Assembly (NCBI GenBank): GCA_965263035.1
Contig: OZ253580.1
Coordinates: forward strand, 5,600,001-5,664,000
Length of the DNA: 64,000 bases
Direction of reading: 5' to 3'
Source of the DNA: Acidobacteriota bacterium
Lineage (GTDB): Bacteria; Acidobacteriota; UBA6911; RPQK01; JAJDTT01
Shown here: piece by piece, positions 30,154 to 41,667 of the stretch
Position numbering within the stretch: the stretch's first letter is position 1
Layout: every line of letters starts with the position of its first letter
The notes under the pieces: generated by a model
What the model saw: only the letters and a program-made list of their open reading frames with translations
What the model was told of the DNA's origin: nothing
Database searches by the model: none
Position numbers and translations under genes: made by a program

Positions 30154-32434
30154 CCTTCTCGAACTTCAGGCCCAGGTGGCCCAGAACCGGTTGGGCCACC
30201 GGGCGCACCTGTTTCCGGACATAGTGTTCACGGTCGATGTCGGCAGTGGTCTCGCCCGCCGGTTCCGGACCGGCCAGAGTCATGAGATATGAGATCCGGC
30301 GGCCGGGCTTGCCGGCCATCTTGCGCGCCGCTGCGACGTGAGGGGGAGTCGTGCTCCGGTATTCCTTCAGCGGTTTCCCCAGCATCTTGCTGTAGACGAG
30401 AAGGTGGTCCAGGCGCCCCGCCCGGAGGCGGGCCACGGTATCGCGAAGGTAGGGCCGGGCATCTTCTTCCGTGAACAGTTTCCGATAGAGTTCCTTCTGG
30501 ACCCTTCTGGCCAGCTCGGTCCAGTCGCTCCGGACCACCTCCATGCCGGTGAAGACCACCTCAGACCCAGGCCCGTCGCCCACGAAGCCCACGTACCGCT
30601 TGCGGGCGCCTCGTCCGCCTTGGCGGGTCGCCGGGATGAAGAATTTCCGGTAGAGCCGCTCCATTTCCAACTCCAGACGGCTGTTCACTCTCCACTTTTC
30701 GAGGACGTGGCTCTCCAGGTCCCGGTTGAGGCGCCGCGCCAACTCTTCTCCCCGGGCCTGGGCTTCGGCAGTGGTCTGCTCGCCGGAGAGCACGAAGAGG
30801 CTGTCGGTATCTCCGTAGATAACCCGAAAACCGTACTGCCGGAACCGGTCTCTGGACCAGAGCAGGATCTCCCGGCCGAAGGTGGTAATGGCCGCGGCCA
30901 GTTCGGGGCGGTAGAAGCGGCAGGCAGGTGTGCCCAGAACTCCGTAAAAGGAGTTCATGAGGATCTTGATGGCATGGCTGGCGACTTGGTCGCCCGCGGC
31001 CTTGGCGGCTTCACGGCGGGGAAAGAGGTGGTTCAGCAGCTGTGTCAGAACGCCCGGTTCCCGACGGAAGGACGCCCCATTCGGGGCGACGATGGGGTCC
31101 TGATCCGGCTTGGGCTGTGGAAGGTAGCCCAGGGGATCGATCTGAAAGGTGCGGATCAGGCTGGGGTAGAGGCTCTTGAAGTCGAAGACCAGAACCTGTT
31201 CGTAGAGGCCCGGATCCGGTTCCAGAACGTGGCCGCCCGGGCTGGATCCGGGGCTGGAAACGGCGCCGACGCTGGGGGCGGCAATGCGTCTCTTGTGGAG
31301 TTCCGTCAGGTATCGGAAATCGAAGGCCGCGATGGACCCGCTCACGCGATCGATGGGAAGACCGGTCAGCCGGCTTCGCTCCACGGCCAAGTCCATCAGT
31401 TTCAGTTTTTCCAGGATTTCCAGGGCCAGCCTGGCGTCGGTCCGGTTGTAGAGTACGAAACGCTCCCGGTCGTTGTGAAAGCTCTCCATGATCTCGGCCG
31501 GCCGGTCGGCGCCGTGGAGCGTCTTCCCCTCGCCCAACACCTGCCGGGCGGCAAAGTCCAAGGAGTAGCGCTGGAGGCGAACGAAGGATCCCCGGAGCAG
31601 GTGGATCCCGTCGGCCACCACCCGGCCTGGGATCCGGGCCTCCCGGTTGGCCCAGGGGGAGCGTGAAGGCCGCAGCCTCATGGGCTCTCGGACGCGCCCC
31701 AGTTGGAGTGGGACACCGCAGCTCCGGCTCAGGCGGTCCAGGACCCGAAGGTCGAAGTCCACCACGTTCCAGCCGGTGAGGACGTCCGGGTCCAGTTCCC
31801 GGACTCTCCCGCAGAACGCCCGTAGAAATTCCTCCTTCCGCCGGAAACAGACGGCGCCTCCCGCCGATTCGCCTCCGTCGGGGTCCAGCAGCAGGACCTC
31901 CGAAGTCCCGCAGCCGTGCAGAGCCACCGAGAACACGGTCTTGCCGCCGGGATCGGTCTCGATATCCAGGGAGAGAATCGAGAGCCGGGGTGTCCAGTTT
32001 GCCGGAGCCAGATTGGGATTCCGGTAGACCCATCCCAGTCCGGGAACCCGGCGGCCGTCTCCGTCGATCTGCAGGGCGCCCCGGATACCATGGTTGATGA
32101 GGAACCTGGTGGCGAAAGGGATGTCCGCTTCAAAGCAGGGGATGCGATGGTCGATGAGGCGGTCGCGCAGGGCAGGAGTGTCCGACGGTATGCGGAGATT
32201 GACTCGCACCAGAGGAGTGCCATCCATGGCGCGAAAGCGGGACGGGACCAAAGAGCGTGCATCCAGTTGCCGTGCCCGGCTCCGGTGCCGCGAAGCGACG
32301 TAGAAGTGGGGGATCTCCCGGTCATCACGGACCAGAAACGGATCTCCGTTCTCCAGGCGCCCGTACAGGTGCACCACGGGACGCCGGGCCTCGATCCGAT
32401 AGGTGGCTTGGAGAATGAACCCGCGGATGGGCAT
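30119..32434 (-). CDS. polB: DNA polymerase II (family B)
   Basis: LDIET exonuclease motif; DFKSLYPS, KILMNSFYG and YGDTDS motifs. Confidence 0.95.
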   Translation of the reverse strand: MPIRGFILQATYRIEARRPVVHLYGRLENGDPFLVRDDREIPHFYVASRHRSRARQLDARSLVPSRFRAMDGTPLVRVNLRIPSDTPALRDRLIDHRIPCFEADIPFATRFLINHGIRGALQIDGDGRRVPGLGWVYRNPNLAPANWTPRLSILSLDIETDPGGKTVFSVALHGCGTSEVLLLDPDGGESAGGAVCFRRKEEFLRAFCGRVRELDPDVLTGWNVVDFDLRVLDRLSRSCGVPLQLGRVREPMRLRPSRSPWANREARIPGRVVADGIHLLRGSFVRLQRYSLDFAARQVLGEGKTLHGADRPAEIMESFHNDRERFVLYNRTDARLALEILEKLKLMDLAVERSRLTGLPIDRVSGSIAAFDFRYLTELHKRRIAAPSVGAVSSPGSSPGGHVLEPDPGLYEQVLVFDFKSLYPSLIRTFQIDPLGYLPQPKPDQDPIVAPNGASFRREPGVLTQLLNHLFPRREAAKAAGDQVASHAIKILMNSFYGVLGTPACRFYRPELAAAITTFGREILLWSRDRFRQYGFRVIYGDTDSLFVLSGEQTTAEAQARGEELARRLNRDLESHVLEKWRVNSRLELEMERLYRKFFIPATRQGGRGARKRYVGFVGDGPGSEVVFTGMEVVRSDWTELARRVQKELYRKLFTEEDARPYLRDTVARLRAGRLDHLLVYSKMLGKPLKEYRSTTPPHVAAARKMAGKPGRRISYLMTLAGPEPAGETTADIDREHYVRKQVRPVAQPVLGHLGLKFEKVIGDDRQLELF

Positions 32435-32609
32435 CTTGGAACTCCAGGTTTCTTTCCATTTTACGCTTGCGGCGCAGAAATGCCTGCTCCCGATTGGCAG
32501 ATGCGGGGGCGGGGGAAGACCGCCGGACGGGGCTTGTGGGCTACGAGGCGGACCTGATTCGCTGGTGGAAACGGAAACCTGCGAATGCGGGGATGACCAA
32601 CGCCGCCGA

Positions 32610-33299
32610 TCAGTTCTGATTCGCGGGAGGCGCCTTCCGGTAGTCCCTGTTTCGATGGCGGATCAGATCGCCGTCCACCATGAAGACCACGTCTTCGGCA
32701 ATGTTGGTGCAAAGGTCCGCAATCCGCTCCAGGTTCCGGGAGGTGGACAGCAGGTGGACCGATCGCTCCACCGTGTCGGAGTCCTGTTTCATCAGCTCTT
32801 GCAGCGAGATGAACATATCCCGGTTGATGGCATCGATTTCGTCATCCATGGTGAGGACCGTCCGGGCCAGGCCGGTGTCCATCCGGATCAGGGCGTCCAG
32901 GCTGTCTCGCACCATCCGGCGGACGCCGGTCACCATTCGCGCGAAGTCCAGCGAAACCTTCAGCGCCGGGTGAACGGAGAGGTAGGAGGCTCGTTCGGCG
33001 ATATTGACGGCCAGATCGCCCATGCGCTCCAGATCGTTGTTGACTTTCAGAACCGTGATGATGAATCGAAGGTCACCGGCGACGGGCTGGTAGAGCGCCA
33101 GGGCCTTGAGGCAGTCCTCCTCCAGATCCAATTCCTTGAGATCGATCTGGCGGTCTCCGGAAATCACCTCTTCTCCCAAGTCGTGCCGGCGGTCGAGCAG
33201 CGCCAGGATGGCGTTGTTGATGGCCTCCTCGACGATGCTTCCCAAACCGAGCAGTTTTCTCTTCACGCGTTCGAAATCGCGCACCATGTGCTTGGTCAT
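32610..33299 (-). CDS. phoU: phosphate signalling protein PhoU
   Basis: QPVAGDLR, LERMGD and LERIAD motifs; end of the pst operon. Confidence 0.95.
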   Translation of the reverse strand: MTKHMVRDFERVKRKLLGLGSIVEEAINNAILALLDRRHDLGEEVISGDRQIDLKELDLEEDCLKALALYQPVAGDLRFIITVLKVNNDLERMGDLAVNIAERASYLSVHPALKVSLDFARMVTGVRRMVRDSLDALIRMDTGLARTVLTMDDEIDAINRDMFISLQELMKQDSDTVERSVHLLSTSRNLERIADLCTNIAEDVVFMVDGDLIRHRNRDYRKAPPANQN

Positions 33300-33536
33300 G
33301 GAAAGTTTCCCGGACCGGCGCGGCCGGCTTCAACGTAGCCGGGCTACGGCCCTACGATTCTCCAATTTCATGCCTGGGAGCCTGCGCCGCAGAAATTGAT
33401 CTACTGCGAAAGCGGTAGAATCGGTCCATATTTCCCCGATTTGTCGGCGAATAGAACAACTATGCACCTCCAAATCGAGAAAATCTGGCCTCGATTCCCC
33501 GCTTTCTCGCTACGATCATTTCTACCGCGCAGACTC

Positions 33537-34289
33537 CTAACCGAAACGTCCCGTCACGTATTCCTCGGTTCGCCTCTCCTGGGGGCGCGTAAAGATGGTC
33601 TGGGTTTCATCGAACTCAACCAGCGTACCATTCTCAAGGAAAGCCGTATGCTGCGAGACGCGGGAGGCCTGCTGCATGTTGTGGGTCACGATCACGATGG
33701 AGTATCGCTCCTTGAGCTCGAACATCAGGTCCTCGATCCGGGCGGTCGAGACCGGGTCCAGCGCGGAACAGGGTTCGTCCATCAATATCACCTCGGGCTC
33801 CATGGCCAGGGCCCGAGCGATGCAGAGCCGTTGCTGCTGTCCTCCCGACAGATTGATGGCCGAATCGCCCATCCGGTCTCGCACCTCTTCCCAGAGGGCC
33901 GCCCGTCTCAGCGAACGTTCGACTCTCTCGTCCATATCTCCGGGATACCCGTTGATGGAAGGACCCCAGGCCACGTTCTTGTAGATGGACTTGGGGAAGG
34001 GGTTGGGCTTCTGGAAGACCATTCCGGCCCGCCGCCGGACATCGGCAGGGTCCACATCCGGAGCGTAGATGTCCATGCCCCGGTAGAGCACCGTTCCCTG
34101 ATGGCTGGCCCCCTCGATCAAGTCGTTCATGCGGTTGAACGCCCTGAGCAGTGTGCTCTTGCCGCAACCGGAGGGGCCGATGATGGCGGTGATCCCACGT
34201 TCCTGGATGGAGAGCGAGACGTTCCGGATGGCTGGAATGCCTCCGTAGAAGATGCTGAGATCGACGGTCTGCAGAATCGGTTCTATCAT
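33537..34289 (-). CDS. pstB: phosphate ABC transporter ATPase
   Basis: [17 protein letters not shown] and [13 protein letters not shown] motifs. Confidence 0.95.
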   Translation of the reverse strand: MIEPILQTVDLSIFYGGIPAIRNVSLSIQERGITAIIGPSGCGKSTLLRAFNRMNDLIEGASHQGTVLYRGMDIYAPDVDPADVRRRAGMVFQKPNPFPKSIYKNVAWGPSINGYPGDMDERVERSLRRAALWEEVRDRMGDSAINLSGGQQQRLCIARALAMEPEVILMDEPCSALDPVSTARIEDLMFELKERYSIVIVTHNMQQASRVSQHTAFLENGTLVEFDETQTIFTRPQERRTEEYVTGRFG

Positions 34290-34310
34290 GGCCAACCAGC
34301 GGGTCTGGAC

Positions 34311-35168
34311 TTATCGTCCCGGTTTTCTCCCCAGTCGGTGCCGGATATAGACGGCAGTCGCGTTCATCAGAAGCAAGACCACCAGCAGCACGATGATGCC
34401 GGCGGCGGCGACATGGTGGAATTCCTGCTGGGGCCTCGAGGACCAGTTGAAGATCTGGATGGGAAGAGTCGTAAAGGGAGACAACGGATTCTCCGGCACG
34501 AAGGCCACGTAAGTGAGAGCTCCGATCATGATCAGCGGAGCCGTCTCACCGATGGCGCGGGAGACGGCCAGGATAACGCCGGTCAAGATGCCGGGAAAGG
34601 CGGAAGGCAGCACATGGTGCCGAACCGTCTGCCAACGGGTCGCCCCCAGCGCGTAGGAAGCATGACGGATGGATTGAGGCACGGCCCGGATCGCCTCCCG
34701 GGAGGCGATCACGATCACCGGTAGAATCAGCAGCGCCAAGGTCAGGCTTCCCGCGAGCACGCTCCTCTCAAGGGCCATGGTCCGGACGAAGATGACAAGT
34801 CCCAGGATACCGAAGACGATGGAGGGGACTCCCGAGAGATTGGACAGGTTGATTTCGATCAAACGGGCCAGTCTCCCTTTCCTCGCATATTCCTCCAGGT
34901 AGATGGCCGAAGCCACCCCCAACGGAACGGAAAAGGCGGCTGTGAAGCTGATGACCCAGCAGGTGCCCCAGAGCGCCGACTTGATGCCGGCCCGATCAGG
35001 GAAGCGGGACGGGAACGATTGCAGAAACTGCAGGTTGAGCCAATCCACCCCCTGGCGGCTGACGTGATAGAGGAGTAGGCCGAGCAGAAGGACGCCGCCC
35101 CAGGTCACCAGGGCGCAGGCGTAGTGGAAGACGGAAGCCAGACGCCGCCGGCCGGCCAGACTCTTCAC
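34311..35168 (-). CDS. pstA: phosphate ABC transporter permease
   Basis: GVPSIVFG and RAIGETAPL motifs. Confidence 0.95.
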   Translation of the reverse strand: MKSLAGRRRLASVFHYACALVTWGGVLLLGLLLYHVSRQGVDWLNLQFLQSFPSRFPDRAGIKSALWGTCWVISFTAAFSVPLGVASAIYLEEYARKGRLARLIEINLSNLSGVPSIVFGILGLVIFVRTMALERSVLAGSLTLALLILPVIVIASREAIRAVPQSIRHASYALGATRWQTVRHHVLPSAFPGILTGVILAVSRAIGETAPLIMIGALTYVAFVPENPLSPFTTLPIQIFNWSSRPQQEFHHVAAAGIIVLLVVLLLMNATAVYIRHRLGRKPGR

Positions 35169-36064
35169 TCGTACACCTCCCGGAACCGGTGGAGCACCCG
35201 GTTGGCGATCACGTTCATGAACAAGGTGATGGCGAACAGCAGGGCGGCGACGGCAAAGATGGTCTGGTACTCGATGGTGCCGGCCGGGGTGTCGCCGAGA
35301 CTGACCTGGACGATATAGGCCGTCATGGTCTGGATGCTCTCCGCCGGATTGAGCGTCATCTTGGGGGTCGCTCCCGCCGCCAGGGTGACCGCCATGGTTT
35401 CGCCGATAGCTCTGGAAATCGCCAGAACGAAGGACGCCACGACACCCGACGTCGCGGAGGGAAGGGTCACGCCCACCGTGACTTCCAACGGCGTGGCTCC
35501 CAAGGCATAAGCGCCTTGGCGGAGCGACTGGGGCACGGCCCGGATGGCATCGTCGCAGAGAGAGGCCACCATGGGCAGCACCATGATGCCGACGACGATG
35601 GAGGCGCTGGCCGCGTTGAAGATCCGGATCTGGTCGAAGAACGTCTGCAGAATCGGCGTGACGAAAGTCAGGGCAAAATAGCCGTACACCACCGTGGGGA
35701 TGCCGGCGAGGATTTCCAAAACGGGTTTGACCACCTCTCGGACGCGGTCCGAGGCGTACTCAGAAAGATAGATGCCCGTGGCCAGGCCCACCGGCAGAGC
35801 GACCAGGGACGAACCCAGGACGATGAGCAGGGTTCCCGAAACCAAGGGCAGGACACCGAAGGATCGGGGTTCCAGCAGCGGCGTCCAGCGGGTGCCGAAC
35901 AGGAAGTCCAGGATGGGGACTTCGCGGAAGAAGAGGGCCGATTCGGAGAGCAGAATCAGGATGATGGCCACCGTCGTGGCCACCGAAACGCAGGCGCAAC
36001 CCAGGAGGAGCCACCCGATGAGCTTCTCGCGAACGTTCCTTTTCTTTCGGAACTGGAGTGACAT
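35165..36064 (-). CDS. pstC: phosphate ABC transporter permease
   Basis: AGIPTVVYG and RAIGETMAV motifs. Confidence 0.95.
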   Translation of the reverse strand: MSLQFRKKRNVREKLIGWLLLGCACVSVATTVAIILILLSESALFFREVPILDFLFGTRWTPLLEPRSFGVLPLVSGTLLIVLGSSLVALPVGLATGIYLSEYASDRVREVVKPVLEILAGIPTVVYGYFALTFVTPILQTFFDQIRIFNAASASIVVGIMVLPMVASLCDDAIRAVPQSLRQGAYALGATPLEVTVGVTLPSATSGVVASFVLAISRAIGETMAVTLAAGATPKMTLNPAESIQTMTAYIVQVSLGDTPAGTIEYQTIFAVAALLFAITLFMNVIANRVLHRFREVYE

Positions 36065-36111
36065 GTCTGCGGTGAATCGGGTACAGGAACTTCAGTCCTG
36101 AAAGCCGGCGG

Positions 36112-37095
36112 TTAGCCGCCCACCTGGAACAGATCCAGCAGCGAGGCTCCTGCTTTGTGCCCACCGCCGTAGACCGTCCCCGTAATGCCGTTGGTGAAGC
36201 GGTTCAAAGCCAACTCGTAAACTGCTGCCGGAAGCGCCACGTAACCCACCTCCTGCACCAGATTGGGAGCTTCCCGGAGGTAGAATTCCACGAACGCCAC
36301 CACCTCCTCACTCCGTGCCTGATCGTTGACGTAGATGAAAATAGGGCGGGAAAGGGGCTTGTACGTATTCGTGTTGATGGTTTCGTTAGATGGAAAAACC
36401 GGACCTTCTCCCCCGTCGATGGGGATCAGCTTCAGGCGGGAGGCATTCTCGGCGTAGTACGCGAAGCCGAAGAAACCCAGAGCCTCCGGGTCGCCCGCGA
36501 TGCCTTGAACCAGGACGTTGTCATCCTCGCTGGCGGTGAAATCGGGGCGGCAAACCTGGGATTTTCCATTGACCGCCTCGGTGAAATAGTCGAAGGTCCC
36601 TGAATCGGTTCCGGGTCCGTACAACGAAATATCTCTATCGGGCCACTCCGAGCGGATGTCGCTCCATTTGTTCACCATGCTCCCGGGCTGCCAGATCTTC
36701 CGCAGCTCCTCCACGGTCAGATAGTCGAGGAAATCGTTGGCTGGATTGGCCACAACGGAGATGCCGTCAAAGGCTACGGGCAATTCGATGTACTGAACCG
36801 AGTTCGCCTCTGCGGCTTCCTGCTCGATGGGTTTGATGGCGCGCGACGCGTCATTGATGTCGGTCTCCCCGGTGCAGAACTGCTTGAATCCTCCACCTGT
36901 GCCGGAGATGCCCACCGTGACCTGGACCCCGCGGTGGATCTTCTGGAACTCTTCGGCGACGGCCTCGGTGATGGGGAATACGGTGCTGGAACCATCGACC
37001 TTGACTCGACCGCGCATTCCTCCCGAGTCGTCGGCACCGCCGCAAGAAGACAAGAGGAGCCCCGAAAGACACAAGCAGCGCATCATTTTCGTCAT
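36112..37095 (-). CDS. pstS: phosphate-binding lipoprotein
   Basis: Lipobox LSSC; [13 protein letters not shown] and SGTFDYF motifs. Confidence 0.95.
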   Translation of the reverse strand: MTKMMRCLCLSGLLLSSCGGADDSGGMRGRVKVDGSSTVFPITEAVAEEFQKIHRGVQVTVGISGTGGGFKQFCTGETDINDASRAIKPIEQEAAEANSVQYIELPVAFDGISVVANPANDFLDYLTVEELRKIWQPGSMVNKWSDIRSEWPDRDISLYGPGTDSGTFDYFTEAVNGKSQVCRPDFTASEDDNVLVQGIAGDPEALGFFGFAYYAENASRLKLIPIDGGEGPVFPSNETINTNTYKPLSRPIFIYVNDQARSEEVVAFVEFYLREAPNLVQEVGYVALPAAVYELALNRFTNGITGTVYGGGHKAGASLLDLFQVGG

Positions 37096-37125
37096 CGATC
37101 CTGTTTCCTCATCTCGTTGCAAAAA

Positions 37126-38571
37126 TTAGAAGTTCAGTTGAAACCGGGTGACCACGGCGTGGGTGCCGCCGACCTCGTACAAGTCGCCGAAGACATAGTT
37201 GAACATGATCCGGGCGACCGGATTCAGATACCAGTTCACAGCCGCCGTCAGGTTGGTGAGACGGCCTCCCTGAATGGCTCTGTCCGTCAGGTCCAGAGTG
37301 GAATACCGGAGCGCCATCTCCCAGGCTCCCGTCCCCTCTCCCGGCGCAAAATTTTTCCGGGGCCGCACGCGGTCGAAGGAACCCGAGGAAGCCTTGTAGT
37401 TCCGCTGCTCTCCGGTCAGGAAGACGCTGGCATAGATATAGAAGCCACCGAAAGCCGGGTCTCCGGCGATCTGGGAATGGGCCGCCGAGTAGGTGTACTC
37501 GGACTGAACCGAAAAGGGCCCGCTCACAACGGCGCCTTCCAAGGCCAGCATCTGAACCTGATCCGAGGGAAATGAGGCCGTGTCCAGATAGCGGTCCGTG
37601 AGATGGAGTTCCGGGCGCTGCCGCCAGCGCAGGGCGCCGTCGCTGGGTCTTCTGAGGCTGTAGCTGACACCCAGATGGGCCAATCTGTCCTTCTGCTCGC
37701 TGAGGGCCGGCACGCCGGTCAGACGAAAGGTGCCGGCGACGCCGTCTCCCAGACTGGTTCCACCGTTGTCCGTATCCCGGAAGATGCCCGCAGCCCAGGT
37801 CAACCGCTGGTCGAACTGGGAGTTGTAGACGGTCAGCCCCACGTTTCTACTGGACGAGAAGACGTTGGGCAGGGAGCGTTCCACGAAGGTCATATAGTTG
37901 CTGCTGGTGAGTTCCTCCAGGCTGTAGGGTTCCTTGTAGTGACCGACCTTGACGTTCCCGACGCCGGGAAGTGCCTTGAGTCCGATGAAGACATCCTTCA
38001 GCGCCGTTGAGCCCCCAGCAAAGTCGAATTGGCTTTTGAAGCTCAGGTTCCCGAACAGGTCGCCCGACATGTAAAGACGCGTCCTGCGGAATTCACTGCC
38101 GCTGGTCTGATCTCCGATCGCGTCCCTCACGGATTGATCCTCGCTGATCCACATCCAGTCGGCCTGGATACGTCCGCCGATCTTGAGACTCACCCGCTTG
38201 TCCGGTGTCTCCAGCCGGACTCCATCCTTCCAATAGGGTCGCAGGGAGTTGTCGTCTTGAGTTCGGTCTGTAGATTCCTTCTTCCCGGGCTCATTGTGCT
38301 GCTCCTGTTGGCCTTTTCCCTTGCAGCCCGTGGTGAAAGTCCCGCGAGCACCGAGACCGTTCCTGCGCCCGCCGGACAAGGCGCGATGAGGGAGCATACG
38401 GGGAGTATGTGACCGAGTCGCAACGCAGTCCGCCGGGATGCAGGGACGGTCGAATGCCGTGACGACTTTTGCCACGGGCTGCTGGGCACTGGATGAGGTC
38501 TGGGCTGTCAGGGAAACGCCTCCCGCTTGCAGCAGCAGCGTGCTGAGGATGAGCAGTCCCGTACGCTTCAC
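37126..38571 (-). CDS. phosphate-selective porin (OprO/OprP family) with an in-frame MITE insertion
   Basis: [16 protein letters not shown] and VNWYLNP motifs; C-terminal Phe; GTG start with signal peptide; upstream of pstS. Confidence 0.88.
   Translation of the reverse strand: MKRTGLLILSTLLLQAGGVSLTAQTSSSAQQPVAKVVTAFDRPCIPADCVATRSHTPRMLPHRALSGGRRNGLGARGTFTTGCKGKGQQEQHNEPGKKESTDRTQDDNSLRPYWKDGVRLETPDKRVSLKIGGRIQADWMWISEDQSVRDAIGDQTSGSEFRRTRLYMSGDLFGNLSFKSQFDFAGGSTALKDVFIGLKALPGVGNVKVGHYKEPYSLEELTSSNYMTFVERSLPNVFSSSRNVGLTVYNSQFDQRLTWAAGIFRDTDNGGTSLGDGVAGTFRLTGVPALSEQKDRLAHLGVSYSLRRPSDGALRWRQRPELHLTDRYLDTASFPSDQVQMLALEGAVVSGPFSVQSEYTYSAAHSQIAGDPAFGGFYIYASVFLTGEQRNYKASSGSFDRVRPRKNFAPGEGTGAWEMALRYSTLDLTDRAIQGGRLTNLTAAVNWYLNPVARIMFNYVFGDLYEVGGTHAVVTRFQLNF
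38324..38481 (-). mobile_element. MITE copy 2 (158 bp) inside the porin CDS
   Basis: Reverse complement of copies 1 and 3 with two 1-bp deletions. Confidence 0.85.
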
Positions 38572-38917
38572 GGAGTTTCCGCTCCATATCCCGATTGCGG
38601 AGGATACGAAAACAATATGAAGCAGTGATGAAGAAGGCATGAAAAAAACCGGTCCCTCGCAACCTTTTCGAATGTCCGAAATTAAGAGTTTCCCACGCCT
38701 GGTCGGCAGGGCGCCTCACCGGTCTCGACGCGATCCAGGGCTTTCAGCGGCGGCGCGCATGCCATCTATTTCGATCACCGGGACCATGGCATACAGTTGT
38801 GGAGATTACACTTGCGAAGGCCCTTGCGGCAAGGCTTCGCCGGGAAAACCCTCTCCTGCGGTCCGTCGCTCTGTGCGTCCGAGTGGCCGGCTAAATCGCG
38901 TGGCCGGCGTGGATTGT

Positions 38918-40387
38918 TCAGTCGAAGCAGTAGAGGGCGCTGACGGTCCGCAGATAGATCTTTCCATCCACCAGCGCCGGCGTGGCATAGCAATCCTCAC
39001 CCATGCGGTTGACGGCCAGCACCTCCCATTCCGGTGCGGCCCTCAGGACCGAGACGTCACCGTTCTCGCCGAGCAGATAAACCTTGCCGTCGCCCCCGAC
39101 CGGAGACGCGAAATACCGGCTCATGGCCTCCTTGAGTCTTCCTTGCTTGAAGACGGCGCCCGTGCCCGGGTCCAGAGTGGTGACGATGCCTCCGTCCTTG
39201 ATCAGGTAGAGGACCCTCTCATACAGGAGGGGAGAGGGCACGTTGGGCAGGCTCTTGTGGTACTGCCATCCTCGGGCGGTCACGGTCGTGTCCCCCTTTC
39301 CGCCCAGACGAATCCTCTGGACAGAGTTCACCGACGCCCGGCGCAGGCGGTAGATTTCCCAGTCCCGCTCTCCCATTTGGCTGTCCAGATCCAGATCGAT
39401 CGTATCCCACGCCTTGTGGTAGTTGGCCGCCAGGGCACCCACGGCTTCTTCCTTGGAGAGCTTCCGGTCTCCGTTGCGATCATGTGTCTTCAGGACCTCG
39501 GCAAAGGGGAGGATGTCCTCCTGCTTGCCCGGATCGGCGCCGCCTGCCCATCCCAGAACGTATGCATACTCTGCGTCCAATACGGGGGTGGGTTTCATTT
39601 GCCAGGTCAGTCCACGGCTCCACCAGATCTTCCCCCCGGTGGCCGCCGAATAGGCGACGAGTTGAAATGACCCTGGAACCAGGACCTGGAGTTCTCCGCC
39701 TGGAGGCCGGTAGAGGACCGGCGTGGAGAAACCCCGCCGGACCAGGGGACGCTCGTTGCGCCAGGCGATACGTCCCGTCTTCTTGTCCACCGCCACCATG
39801 AACGATCCGGACTCGCCGTCGCAGACCTGAACCACATGGTTGCCGGCCAGGACGGGAGAGCCGCCGATCCCGAACGGAGTATTGTATGGGCCCAGCGGGA
39901 CCCGCCAGAGTTCGTTGCCGTGGGCATCGTAGGCCAGGAGGCCCAGATCCTGGAAAAAGACGTACACGTTGCTCCCGTCGGTCACGGGGCTGGGAGAGGC
40001 GGGGGAGTTGTCCCGGTGGAGCTCGCCCTTCCTGGTTCTGGCGACGTCCCGGGTCCACCGGATTTCTCCTGTCTTCCGGTCCAGGGCCGTCGTGGAGAGG
40101 CGGTTTTCGTGGAAGCCGGTGACGAAAATGATCTCCCGGGAAAAGACGGGAGACGAATGGCCGGGAGGAAGGGATGTCTTCCAGCGGACGTTTTCCTGTG
40201 GTCCGAACCGGAGCGGGAGATCCCGGGAGGTGGAGACGCCGGACCCGTTGGGTCCCCGAAACTGCGTCCAGTCTCCTGCCTCCGAGACCTGCATCGTGAG
40301 GGCCAACAGCGGGCACAGGACCAAGCGGCGGCGCCCCATGCTGGTGGGACACCGTGCGTCATTGGACGATTGGGTTGCAGGTCTCAT
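38918..40387 (-). CDS. PQQ-like beta-propeller repeat protein with EF-hand-like insert
   Basis: DWTQFRGPNGSG, repeated SPV motifs, DRNGDRKLS. Confidence 0.85.
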   Translation of the reverse strand: MRPATQSSNDARCPTSMGRRRLVLCPLLALTMQVSEAGDWTQFRGPNGSGVSTSRDLPLRFGPQENVRWKTSLPPGHSSPVFSREIIFVTGFHENRLSTTALDRKTGEIRWTRDVARTRKGELHRDNSPASPSPVTDGSNVYVFFQDLGLLAYDAHGNELWRVPLGPYNTPFGIGGSPVLAGNHVVQVCDGESGSFMVAVDKKTGRIAWRNERPLVRRGFSTPVLYRPPGGELQVLVPGSFQLVAYSAATGGKIWWSRGLTWQMKPTPVLDAEYAYVLGWAGGADPGKQEDILPFAEVLKTHDRNGDRKLSKEEAVGALAANYHKAWDTIDLDLDSQMGERDWEIYRLRRASVNSVQRIRLGGKGDTTVTARGWQYHKSLPNVPSPLLYERVLYLIKDGGIVTTLDPGTGAVFKQGRLKEAMSRYFASPVGGDGKVYLLGENGDVSVLRAAPEWEVLAVNRMGEDCYATPALVDGKIYLRTVSALYCFD

Positions 40388-40587
40388 CCTCGATGTCTCT
40401 CCTGCCGATTGGGTCTGTAGCCCGTGTTGGAATTCCGGGGGAAACTGTAATCCATGGACGATTGGAGACTAGGCGGAAATTGGGAACGAGTCAAACGTCG
40501 GGAGGATGGGGTCAGGGGTAGATTTTCGCCGCCGGTCATCCATACTGTCCAGGCTGAAGCCGATCGGAGAGAAACAATGAGGAGGGC

Positions 40588-41247
40588 ATGATGGCCGACA
40601 GCGACAAGGGACCGATTTCGGTCAAGGACATGATTCTGGTGCCGGCGGTGATCACCTTGGCCGTGACCATCCTGCGCTTGACCGGAGAGCTCAACGGCTG
40701 GTCTCCACTGTTGTTCAATTCCGAAGCGGGCGGCGGCGCCGCCATTGTGGGGATCGCTTGGCTGGTGCCCATCTTCGGGGTCTACTTCGCCTTGAGGCTG
40801 GCCAGGTCCGGTGGCGCTCCCACGTCAGCCGGCCGGGTGCTGGCCTACGCGGCCGGGGGGCTGGCCGCGGCCGTCGCCATCATGATCGGAGGCAGTCTGC
40901 TGGTGGGAGAAGCCTATCCGGTCGCCATGCTGGTTCCGGCCGTTGCCGGAATCGTGGGTATGAGCATCGCCTGCCGCGGCTGGTGCGCTCTGGGCAGGAT
41001 CCTGTTCTACTACGCTCTGGCGGCCCGCATTCCGGTGATCCTCATCACCCTGCTCGCGGTAGTGGGCGACTGGGGAACCCACTACGACGCCGTACCCCCC
41101 GGGTTCCCGGAGATGAGCGCCATGGGCAAATTCTTCTGGTCGGGTGTGGTTCCCCAGTTGACCGTTTGGGTGGCCTACACCATGGTCGTGGGAGCCCTGT
41201 TCGGGGGAATCGCCGTCGCGGTGACGAGCCGGCGCAGATCGGTCTAG
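40588..41247 (+). CDS. integral membrane protein
   Basis: About 6 hydrophobic helices; GGAGG RBS. Confidence 0.75.
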   Translation: MMADSDKGPISVKDMILVPAVITLAVTILRLTGELNGWSPLLFNSEAGGGAAIVGIAWLVPIFGVYFALRLARSGGAPTSAGRVLAYAAGGLAAAVAIMIGGSLLVGEAYPVAMLVPAVAGIVGMSIACRGWCALGRILFYYALAARIPVILITLLAVVGDWGTHYDAVPPGFPEMSAMGKFFWSGVVPQLTVWVAYTMVVGALFGGIAVAVTSRRRSV

Positions 41248-41265
41248 AGAGGTGCCGGAGTCTGC

Positions 41266-41667
41266 ATGCCAAAGGCCAAGCTCGGCCAGTTCGATGATCT
41301 CGTCCGGCTCTCGAACGAGCCGCTTGAACCCATCGTGGAACGCCTGCGCGCAGTGATCCTCGAAATTCACCCGGATGCCTGCGAAGTGGTCCGCCTCGGC
41401 GACCGGGCCGCCACTTACGGTTGCGGGCCCAGAAAAATGATCGACGGGTACGCATACATCCTGCCCTACAAATCTTGGGTCAATCTCGGCTTCTACAGGG
41501 GTACGAGCCTGCCGGATCCTGAGGAATTGCTGGAAGGGACCGGCGCCAGGATGCGTCACGTGAAGATGCGGACGGTTGAGGACGTAGAACGGCCCGGCGT
41601 TCGAGGGCTGATCAGGGAGGCCTGCGGCGAGCGCAAGGCTGCGCTTGGACTCGCAGCCCGTGGCTAA
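41266..41667 (+). CDS. DUF1801/YdhG-like protein
   Basis: VNLGFYRG and LLEGTGARMRHVK motifs; stop codon lies inside MITE copy 3. Confidence 0.85.
   Translation: MPKAKLGQFDDLVRLSNEPLEPIVERLRAVILEIHPDACEVVRLGDRAATYGCGPRKMIDGYAYILPYKSWVNLGFYRGTSLPDPEELLEGTGARMRHVKMRTVEDVERPGVRGLIREACGERKAALGLAARG

Noticed and set aside
38575-38915. Pho box or sigma-54 promoter upstream of the porin-pst operon
   Set aside because: No convincing consensus match with correct spacing.
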